This document shows, piece by piece, positions 53,900 through 64,000 of a DNA stretch of 64,000 nt. The stretch's first letter is position 1, and each line of letters begins with the position of its first letter. The stretch comes from Leucoraja erinacea. Taxonomy: Eukaryota. Made by a program: the position numbers and the translations under genes. The notes beneath the pieces were generated by a model that ran no database searches, was not told where the DNA came from, and saw only the letters and a list, made by a program, of their open reading frames with translations. The stretch spans positions 65,658,001-65,722,000 of the forward strand of contig NC_073383.1 of NCBI RefSeq assembly GCF_028641065.1, in the 5' to 3' direction.

Positions 53900-54882
53900 T
53901 ATCCCTTATCTACAATATATATTAATGATTTGGATGATGGGATTAAAAGTAACACTAGCAAAGTTGCAGATGACACAAAGCTGGGTGGCAGTGCGAACTG
54001 CAAAGAGGATGATAGGAGGTTGCAGGGTAACTTGGACAGGTTGAGTGAGTGGCCAGTTGCATGGCAGATGGAGTATAATGTAGATAAATGTGAGGTTATC
54101 CACTTTGGCGGCAAGAACAAGGAGGCAGATTATTATCTCAATGGTGTCAGATAAGGAAGAAGGGAAGTGCAACGAGACTTGTACACCAGTCACTGGAAGT
54201 AAACTTGCCGGTACAGCAGGCAGTGAAGAAAGCTAATGGCACGTTGGTCTTCATAACAAGAGGATTTGAATATAGGAGTAAAGAGGTCCTTCTGCAGTTG
54301 TACAGGGCCCTGGTGAGACCACATCTGGAGTAATGTGTGCAGTTTTGGTCTCCTAATTGAGAAAGAACATCCTTGCTATTGAGGCAGTGCAGCATAGGTA
54401 CACAAGGTTAATCCTCAGAATGGCAGGATTGTCATATGAGGAAAGATTGGAAAGACTGGGCTTGTATTAACTGGAATTTAGTAGGATGAGAGGGGATCTT
54501 ACAGAAACGTATCAAATTACAAATGACTGGAGAAGCTAGATGCAGGAAAAATATTCCCAATGTTGGCGGAGTCCAGAACCAGAGGCTACAGTCTAAGAAG
54601 GGGGGGGGGGGGGGGGGGGGCATTTAAAACTGAGATGAGAAAAAACTTTTTCACCCAGGGAGTTGTGAATTTGTGGAATTCTCTGCCACAGAAGGCAGTA
54701 GAGGCAGGTGAATTTAAGAGACGGTTAGATAGAGTTCTAGGGGCTAGCGGAATAAAGAGATATGGGGAGAAGGCAGGCACTGGTTACTGATTGTGGATGA
54801 TCAGCCATGATCATAATGCATGGCGGTGCAGGCTGGAAGGGCCAAATGGCCGCCTCCTGCAACTATTTTCTATGTTTCTATC
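53900..54882 (+). mobile_element. CR1 LINE 3' fragment
   Basis: SKVADDTKLGG...KCEVIHFG, poly-G expansion at ~54600-54620, 3' UTR. Shorter 3' pieces at ~25530-26045 (+), 45690-45930 (+), 59115-59455 (+) and 61105-61512 (-). Confidence 0.85.
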
Positions 54883-55304
54883 TCACTTTCTTGTTCTGGA
54901 AAAAAATCAACAGAAGTACATGTGCAAATGATTAATGTCCTTGAATTAGAATGGATTTCAGAGGGCAAGATCAACAGTATATTAGGTGAAGCGTGAGTCT
55001 TTGGCGTCAGCTCTCATATTCAATGTGACTTCATTAACTTGTCCTTCCTGAGCAGCCATTTCAGTATCACTGGAAAAGGTCAGGGAAATGACAGAAGCAG
55101 GTCTAGAAATTTTGAATAAGCAGGGAAGGTGATATGTACTGCGAGCAAATGTTGATCTACAAATTCATGCTGGAATACAGTTAAAATAATTGTAAATAAT
55201 ATTAAGATTATGGGAGCCTTACTGGACATTTGTGAGCATGTTCAATGATAACAGCGCAACAATAGCAAAGTAATATTTAATTACAGTAGGATATATAGAT
55301 ATTC

Positions 55305-55615
55305 GGGTGGCACGGTGATGCAGCGGTAGAGCTGGTGCCTTATAGCGCCAGAAACACGAGTTCGATCCAGGCTATGGGTCCTTCTCTGTATGGAGTTTGT
55401 AAACTCTCCTCGTGACTTGCGTGTGGTTTTATCCGGGAGCTTCGGTTTCCTCCCATACAAAGATGTATAGGTTTGTAGGTTAATTGGCTTGGTATAATTG
55501 TAAATTGTCCCCAGTGTATGTAGGATAATGTTACTATGCGCGGATAGCTGGTTGGCATGGACTCGGTGGGCTGAAGGACCTGTTTCCACGCTGTATCTCT
55601 AAAATAAACTAAACA
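55305..55615 (+). mobile_element. HE1-like V-SINE
   Basis: Same structure as 26736-27043. Confidence 0.85.
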
Positions 55616-57054
55616 AAATGGAAATAGTTATCATAGGATGATTCTCTAATCAGATATTGAATTTAGTTGTCTCCACTGAAAACTGAATTAATTTTTCTGG
55701 GAGACATTCTGAGATCCTGTTCCCAGGATGGGTTTATTGATTCAATGGTTAGAGAAATGGAGATCAGGTGCACAAAGGTAAAGGAAGTAATGAGATATTG
55801 ACCTCTTTGCCATCAAAGAGATCAACAGGAATCATTCCCTCAAGAAGGCAGCTAATATCATCAAAGATCCACACCGGCCACACTTTCATCTTGCTGTTAC
55901 TGTCAGGAAGAAGGTGCAGAAGCTTGAGAACAGTTACCTCCAGGTTGACATACAGCTTCTTCTCAACCATCAGGCCCTTGAACGAGCCAGTACAAAATTA
56001 ATCACAACATTACCTCGGCATCTATCTGCTTATGAACTATGGTTATGCTGCCTACTCTGACTTGCACTATCATAGTCTGGTTTACCTAGAGTAACTGGCA
56101 ATTTACTGTATATTTGTTGTGTTGTTGACTTTTTATGTGCCTGTAAAGTTGCATCAGTTAGGAACTTCATTATTCTGGTTCGGATGCACATGACAAATTC
56201 TCTTCACTCTTAATAAGCCACATGTCAGCAATACCTAACAACACTGATAATAGCCTTGGAGCCAGTGTCAGAACTGGTTCTAGATTCAAGAGACATTTAT
56301 TGTCACATGCACCAATTGGTACGGTGAAATTTGGGGTCACCATACAGCAATACGAATAAAAAAAGAACAAAACACAATAGTTTAGTGGATAGAGACAATG
56401 ACCAGTGGTTTGGAAACAAGATTTATTCAGAACCTGAGGAAATATTATACAATAGAATTGCTCAGATGATAACTTTTGTGTGAGGAACTTGTGTTGGGTT
56501 GCAGGAGAGGGACTTGGAGCTGGGGTTTTCAGAAATACATGGCTTCACGAAGAAATAACATGCAAAGAACACACACACACAGGAGAACCGATGGCTTGTC
56601 ATAACATGGAAATGTTGATCTGCATAGGCATAGCTTTGTTTGCTTTGAAGCAGCTATAACGCTGTCAGTATTGCATTTGGTTTAGTTTGGTGTTTAGTGT
56701 ATAGGTTGTTGACAGGGTATCTTCTCAGGACATGGACATTATTTGTCCTTTCTTTGTGGCACATCTTTGAGCTCTGGTGTGCCGTAAAGGGGATTTATGG
56801 ATGTTTATGTTGGGTCTAAGACAGAGAGGCTAGATAATAGCCTGAGATCTGGTTTGTGCTGTTTAAATGTATTTATGCTGAGACAAGAGATAAGGTATAG
56901 GTGATGGTTGTGTGACCTTTGTAGAAGGGTGATTTCTTATGTTTATAGAAAACTGAGAAAGTAACTCTGTTTTGATAATCTTCGATTTGCTGTGTGGAAT
57001 GCTATTAGTGAGGAGGCCTTACATTCCTTTCATCCAGAGATAGAAGGGGGAGGT

Positions 57055-57856
57055 TGTAATTCAGAATGAAACTAGGCCCGAGCTTGGTAAGAAGAAATTA
57101 TAATTTATCAAGAGTGACAATTAGTGGCCTTTGTGTGGTTGGGATTGGGAATTGTAGAAATAACTTAAGTCCTTGCACTGTGTAAGAATGGGGCAAAACT
57201 CATATTTAATCCATAAGTAACTGTGTTTTAACTATGTAGTTGTAGGGAAATTATTTGTGAAGTGTATTGTGTTTTAATTAGGATTGTAAGTATTAGACTT
57301 TGTTTAAATCTGAAATTTTAGGAATAACTTTCTTTTCCAAAAGTGAAAATATATGTTTTGTGTGTATGTATTGTGTGATTGCTATATGATGTGTATTTTA
57401 TATTCTGAGAGGTGGTCTCTGAGAATTAATTTTATATTTCTGTGGTTTTACTTCATTGAAATAAAATGATTTTGAGCGAAGAGGTTAATGAAAACCACAG
57501 AGGGAGCAACGATTGTAAAGAGGCCAGAAAAGGGAAAATCATGTGACTATACGCATTGTCAGTCAATGGAAAGGATTTAGTTGATTGGTTAATGCAAATA
57601 TGCTAAATGTATGGTAAACCATAATGATTGGTTAATAGTTTGCCGCTCCTTCTATACCATAATTGTCTAATACCTATATAATGTGTTATGCTTGTACCAA
57701 AGTCAGTAGCTCTTTCGACCTGCCCCAGAGTCTCCAGCTCTGTGAAGGAAGGTTTAAAGAATTATCCAACGCTGTCAGAATAAAAAATCAATTTCAACAG
57801 CAAGAGTTTGAATCAAGTTTTCTTGAATTGGACTGACAAAAGAACTCAGTTTAACA
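57055..57856 (+). mobile_element. Putative LTR (ERV/LTR-retrotransposon 3' LTR)
   Basis: Polypurine tract AGATAGAAGGGGGAGG then TG...CA ends (TGTAAT...TTAACA), two ATTGG boxes, octamer ATGCAAAT, TATATAA (~57675) and AATAAA (~57779). Alternative start at 57514. No second LTR or coding region in the window. Confidence 0.5.
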
Positions 57857-60800
57857 AACCAAGGTTTTCTGGTCTCACGAGCCCTAACACACAACTGACC
57901 ACAATGGCGGTCCTCAATCGACTGGCGGGCTGAGCCCAGAAACCGCGCAAAAACCCGACCCCTGCCAGAGCCACGTGCGCATGGCTTCCGACCGCAGGGT
58001 TTGATGCTGGCGCGCACCAGCAGGTGCCACTACAATAGTATTTTAACATAAACATCCCCTGCATAGTGGAATCAAAGTTTCCTACTGTGAGGAAAACCCA
58101 AAGTTGTCATTCTCCTCTTTGATGTTCTTTGATGTACACCCGTGGTCGTGGCCTCCCGAGCCCTCTGCAGTCGCCGCTGTGGGTGGCCTGATGCTCAGGC
58201 CCTCTCGCCGGGATGATGGAACTGACATCGGACCAGGAGAACAACCTCAGCGGCTTGGACCTCCGAATCGGCAGCTCCCGCTCGCCCGCTCTGCGATGTA
58301 TCCAGCGGTGCTGGAGCTCTGGTCCAGGTCCTTGGCAGGAAAGGCCATGCCAATCCAGTTGGTAGGCCGCGAGGAGGGGGGGGGTGAGGATGTGACTCGG
58401 AGAATAGTCTCATCCTCGCCAGGAGGCGACTGGGAGATGGTTTCTCCCTTACCCTACCCCCCCCCCCCCCTCTCCCACATAGAAAAACTAAAGAAACCTC
58501 CTCAACATACTTTTAAACAAACCAAAACATTTAAAAAACAACAGACAGACTGCCGGCAGAGGCAGCCTTCGTGCGGTGCCCCTAATGGCCATCACAGCAC
58601 AAAAGGAAACTAATGGTGTTAACGTGTGATATCTGAGATATATCCAAGGTGAAGGGATGAGAACACTTTATGAAAAAAGGTGGTTTGGGCACTGATGGAA
58701 GAGAAGGCCCTACGCGGAGTGGGTAGAATGAAAGAAGCAATGATAGAATACAAAGGTCTGCTCACATGGAAATGACAAGATTATAGTAGAGAGAAAATAA
58801 AGTCAACATTTCTTGACCTGTAACAAATGTCTGAAAAGGGAAGAAATTGCATTTAGAAATGCCCGATTCACAATTTCCAAAATCCTTGTGAGGTGTAGAT
58901 CAAAACTACTCTAGGTTTTTCTTTCAAGGTTTTCTTCCTCCCCTGAGTCTTTGTTCAACATTTTGAGCCTGTTTCTTCTGGTTCCTGAGCTATCCACTTG
59001 GTCAACTTCTCTATACTAGTATACAAGACACAAATGGGTCCTTCGGCCCATAATGTGTGTGCCAAACAATATGCAAGTTAAACTGATCTTGTCTGCATGT
59101 ACATGATCCATATCATGAGGGAACTTCTTTACTCCGAGAGTGGTGTCGCTATGTCGCTCTTCCAGGGAGATGCTAAATGCATTTTGTTGTCTCTGTACTG
59201 TACACTGACAATGACAATTAAAATTGAATCTGAATCTGAATCTGGTGGCTGTGTGGAATGAGCTTCCAGTGAAGGTGGTGGAGGCAGGTTCGTTTTTATC
59301 ATTTAAAAATAAATTGGATAGTTATATGGACGGGAAAGGTTTGGAGGGTTATGGTCTGAACGCAGGTGTATGGGACTAGGGGAGAATACGTGTTCGGCAC
59401 GGACTAGAAGTGTCGAGATGGCCTGTTTCCGTGCTGTAATTGTTATATGGTTATATCCCTCTATTCCTTGCACTTCTGTGTGCCTATCTAAAAGCCTCTT
59501 AAACGCCACCATTGTATCTGCCTCCACCAATACTCCAGGCAATGCATTCCAGGCCCCTATCATTCACTGTATCAAATAAAACGCTCCCCGCACATCTCCG
59601 TTAAACTTTCCCCCTCTCACCTCAGCTGTGCCCTCCAGTGTTGGATATTTCCACCCAAGGGGAAAAATGTTCCGAAGGTTCTGATGTACTTGCCCTAAAT
59701 AAACTTGTCATGATTTTCTTATGTCTATTTTAGCAGTAAAAATTAACATCATAAAGTACATTGTCAAAATGATAAGAGATTGCAGAGTTCTGAGATGCTG
59801 AGGAATATAGGTGGTGTAAAAAGCCAGTGTGCAGGTACAGCAAAGGATTAGGCAAACTAACAAATTGTTCCTAACACAATGCTTAGTGGGTTGGGCAGCA
59901 TCTGTGGATAGAATGGACAGATGACATTTCGGGTTGGATCTTCATCAGTCCTGGCCCAAAACGTCGTCTGTCCATTCCCTTCACAGGCGTTGCTCGACCC
60001 TCCAGTTTCTCCAGTGCCTGGTGTTTTGCCTAAGATCCCAGCATCTGCTGCTTCTTGGGTCTCAAGAAAATGTCATTGTTTAATGTCAGCAGGTTCAATG
60101 TAAAAATAAAAAGGTTATGCTTCAGTTCCATAGGGCATTGTGAGACTACATTTGGTGTATTATGTATCATTTAGGAAGGATATAAATGCATTGTAAGCAG
60201 TTCAGAGAAGGTTTGTTAGTGATGCCCGGAATGGGCGGGTTGTTTTGAGGAAAGTATGGACAAGCTGGGCTTTTATCTGCTGTAGTTTAAAAGTGTGAGA
60301 AATGATACAAGATCCTGAGGTTATTGATTTTGTGGATGTACAGAGGAGAATAGAAGGAGAATTTATGATGGGAGGTTAATGATTTTTTTCTTTGGAAAGG
60401 ATTCACCCACTTAACACAAATGAACTGGGATTTTTTTCACTGAGGGTCCCAAATCTTTTAAAATATAGAGATACAGCGCGGAAACAGGCCTTTCGGTCCA
60501 CCAAATCCATGCTGACCAATGTTCACCCATACACCAACACTATCCTACACACTAGGTACAATTAACCTGTACGTCTTCGGAGTCTTCGGCACTGTCCCCA
60601 AAAGGATGGTGGAAACGGAGCATTTGAATATTTTTTAAGGTAGAGAGGTTTTTGATTTAAAAGAAGAGTGCAAGGTAATTGGATAGATGGCAAGACAGTG
60701 TTGCACTTGCGTACAGACCTGCCGTGATGATACTGAATTGTGGAGTAGGCTTGAGAGGTTGAATCGTGATACACAACATTTTGACTTGGACGTGTGATTT

Positions 60801-62572
60801 GGAGAGGAATGTAGAGATGATTGGGTGTTCTTGCATCTATTGCCATTGTTCATGATGTTGGAGGTCTTGGATTTGGGATACTCAATCAAAGAACCTTTGG
60901 CCTATATTGAGCATGCATTTGACACACTCTGTGTACTAGTGCTATCGGATGTAAATGGTTAAGGAAGGAGCTGGTGTATTGATCAAGCTGGCTTTTTTTT
61001 GTTCTGCATTAAGAGAATTGTGAACATCTGGCTAAGAAAAGCATATTCCAACACTGCTAATTTGTGCATTCAGCCGAACCTCCCAACATATGCTCTCCAT
61101 CATATAGAAACATAGAAACATAGCAAATAGGTGCAGGAGTAGTCCATTCAGCCCTTCGAGCCTGCACCGCCATTCAATATGATCATGGCTGATCATCCAA
61201 CTCGGTATCCTGTACTTGCCTTCTCTATATACCCCCTGATCCCTTTAGCCACAAGGGCCACATCTAACTCCCTCTTAAATATAGCAAATGAACTGGCCTC
61301 AACTACCTTCTGTGGCAGAGAATTCGAGAGATTCAGCACTCTCTGTGTGAAAAATGTTTGTCTCATCTCGGTCCTAAAAGATTTCTCCCTTATCCTTAAA
61401 CTGTGACTCCTTGTTCTGGACTTCCCCAACATCGGGACCAATCTTCCTGCATCTAGCCTGTCCAACCCGTTAAGAATTTTGTAAGTTTCTGTAAGATCCC
61501 CCCTCAATCTAGAAGGCAGGACAATGGCAATGGGTTTGAGATCTGATTGTATGGCTGGTCTGCTATTAAAGAACTGAGAATTAAGCCATGATCAGTAAAC
61601 TGGCTCCATTAAAAGCTGAGAGAAGCTTAATGATGCATTCTTTTGTGTTTGGAGGATTTACAGGGCAAACCTCTATGTCAGTGGGATAACTGCAGTGCTG
61701 GTTTTGTGCTGTTTCGTAGTCTTGTACTGTTTCCGATTTGTCAGCCAGTCCCAGTCAAAACTTCACTCCTGCGATCCTTTTGAATAATCGTGCAGCACAT
61801 ATTTGCAGGATAATTGTCCCTTGTGAAAATTTGGAGGGAGAGATTCAATATCATCAACATATAATCACAAATTTTGGAATTTTATCTCTCGTCCAAGAAA
61901 AGTGTAAATGTTGTGCTGTGATAAGTTTACAACTGATGGGATCATGACTTTATCTGCTCAAACCAGTTCTCACCATATAGTAACATAATAATTACTCTCC
62001 TACATCAAATCAATTTTTTTGTCTGATCCTCATATCTCTGGATTCCAGCTGGCTAACCGTCCTCTGTACAAAATTGAGTACTGACTGCCCTCTATGGTAG
62101 AGAATTCCAAAGATATACATCGGTCTGAATGAAGAAAAAAAATTGACATCACGATCCTTAATATCTTGATCCATAGTTAAAAAACCCAAATTATTTTTGA
62201 ATAAATCATTGAAGATAATTTAATACAAACAACAATGCATGGCTATTTTGAGCGGCAATTTGCTCTTTGTGTAAACATATCCAACATAAAACAGATTAAT
62301 GTCCTGAATTATTCCATTTGTTTAGCAGCATAGAGTTGTGTTCTGAGGTCCCTTTACAGGTACAACGTGGTAACAGGTCCTTTGGCTCACCGAATCCTCA
62401 CTGACCAGCGATCACCCTGTACTCAAGCACTATCGAACGCACCAGGGAGAATTTGCAATTTTACTGAAGCCAATTAACCTTGGGAACGATCAGCCATGAT
62501 CACAATGAATGGCGGTGCTGGCTCGAGGGGCCGAATGGCCTCCTCCTGCACCCATTTTCTGTGTTTCAATTT

Positions 62573-63985
62573 TCTAGGGCATTGGGGGAGGTGGGACCAG
62601 TACAAACAGGACGGTCTGCACCTGGGCTGGAATGGAACCAATGTCCTTGGGGGAGTGTTTGCTAGTGCTGTCGGGGAGGATTTAAACTAATGTGGCAGGG
62701 GGATGGGTGCAAGAGCAGAGAGGCAGAGGGGTGCAAAATGAGGGTAGAAGCAATAGGTAGCAAGGTGAAAACTAAAAGTGGCAGGCAGACAAATCCAGGG
62801 CAAAAACAAAAAGGGCCACTTTTCAACATAATTGTATAAGGGGTAAGAGTGTTGTAAAAACAAGCCTGAAGGCTTTGTATCTTAATGCAAGGAGCATTCG
62901 TAATAAGGTGGGTGAGTTGAATGTGCAGATAGTTATTAATGAATATGATATAGTTGGGATCATGGAGACATGGCTCCACGGTGACCAAGGCTGGGAGCTG
63001 AACATCCAGGGATAATCAATATTCAGGAGGGATAGACAGAAAGGAAAAAGGAGGCGGGGTAGCGTTGCTGGTTAGAGAGGAGATTAAAGCAATAGAAAGG
63101 AAGGACATTAGCTTGGAGGATGTGGAATCGATATGGGTAGAGCTGCGAAACACTAAGGAGCAGAAAACTCTAGTGGGAGTTGTGCACAGGCCACCTAACA
63201 GTAGTAGTGGAGTTGGCATAAATAGGAAAGTAGACTATTATCTGAATGGTGGCCAATTAGGAAAAGGGGAGATGCAACGAGACCTGGGTGTCATGGTACA
63301 TCAGTCATTGAAAGTAGGAATGCAGGTGCAGCAGGCAGTGAAGAAAGCAAATGGTATGTTAGCATTGATAGCAAAAGGATTTGAGTATAAGAGCAGGGAG
63401 GTTCTACTGCAGTTGTACAGGGTCTTGGTGAGACCACACCTGGAGTATTGATAACAGTTTTGGTCTCCTAATCTGAGGAAAGACATTCTTTCCATAGAGG
63501 GAGTACATAGAAGGTTCACCAGACTGATTCCTGGGATGGCAGGACTTTCATGTGAAGAAAGACTGGATAGATTTGGCTTGTACACGCTAGAATTTAGAAG
63601 ATTGAGGGGGGATCTTATAGAAACTTACAAAATTCTTAAGGGGTTGGACAGGCTAGATGCAGGAAGATTATTCCTGATGTTGGGGAAGTCCAGAACTAGG
63701 GGTCACAGTTTAAGGATAAGAGGGAAGTTTTTAGCACCGAGATGAGAAAATCATTTTTTACACGGAGAGTGGTAAATCTGTGGAATTCTCTGCCAGTTGA
63801 GGCCAGTTCATTGGCTATATTTAAGAGGGAGTTAGATGTGGCCCTTGTGGCTAAAGGGATCTGGGAGAATGGAGAGAAGGCAGGGATGGGATACTGAGTT
63901 GGATGATCAGCCATGATCATATCGAATGGCGGTGCAGGCTCAAGGGCCGAATGGCTCTACTCCTGCACCTGTTTTCTATGTTTCT
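62573..63985 (+). mobile_element. CR1 LINE with large internal deletion
   Basis: ORF1 esterase end (YKQDGLHLGWNGTNVLG) and ORF2 endonuclease start (LYLNARSIRNK...ETWL) are joined near 63220 directly to the RT C-terminus and 3' UTR. Confidence 0.85.
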
Positions 63986-64000
63986 AACCTACAAACCTGT

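Larger units (their letters stand above)
14635..64000 (+). other. Intron 1 of the KIF5 gene (runs beyond the window)
   Basis: Starts GTAGGT. No exon-2-like KPYxFDRV coding stretch was recognised downstream by eye or in the ORF track. Confidence 0.65.

Noticed and set aside
56388-56483. Short frame DRDNDQWFGNKIYSEPEEILYNRIAQMITFV* as a possible env cytoplasmic tail
   Set aside because: Too short and without diagnostic motifs to call without a homology search.

Overview
AT-rich, repeat-dense vertebrate genomic DNA, most likely a cartilaginous fish (skate/ray-like, judged from HE1-type V-SINEs and CR1/HER1-type LINEs). The only host gene visible is a kinesin-1 heavy chain (best match KIF5C). 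Its CpG-rich promoter lies at ~14010-14505, coding exon 1 is 14506-14634, and the rest of the window appears to be intron 1 (>49 kb; I could not find exon 2 by eye). The remainder is nested transposon debris: CR1, L2 and Rex1 LINE fragments, tRNA-derived SINEs, PIF/Harbinger MITEs, two nested non-autonomous Helitrons, an LTR-like segment bracketed by hAT-like ends, and many short Penelope-like (PLE) elements. The PLE elements are often palindromic, flanked by long direct repeats, and carry a minimal hammerhead-ribozyme motif. No prokaryotic-type system (CRISPR, operon) is present. Boundaries of decayed repeats are approximate, and all family assignments come from motif recognition, not database searches.
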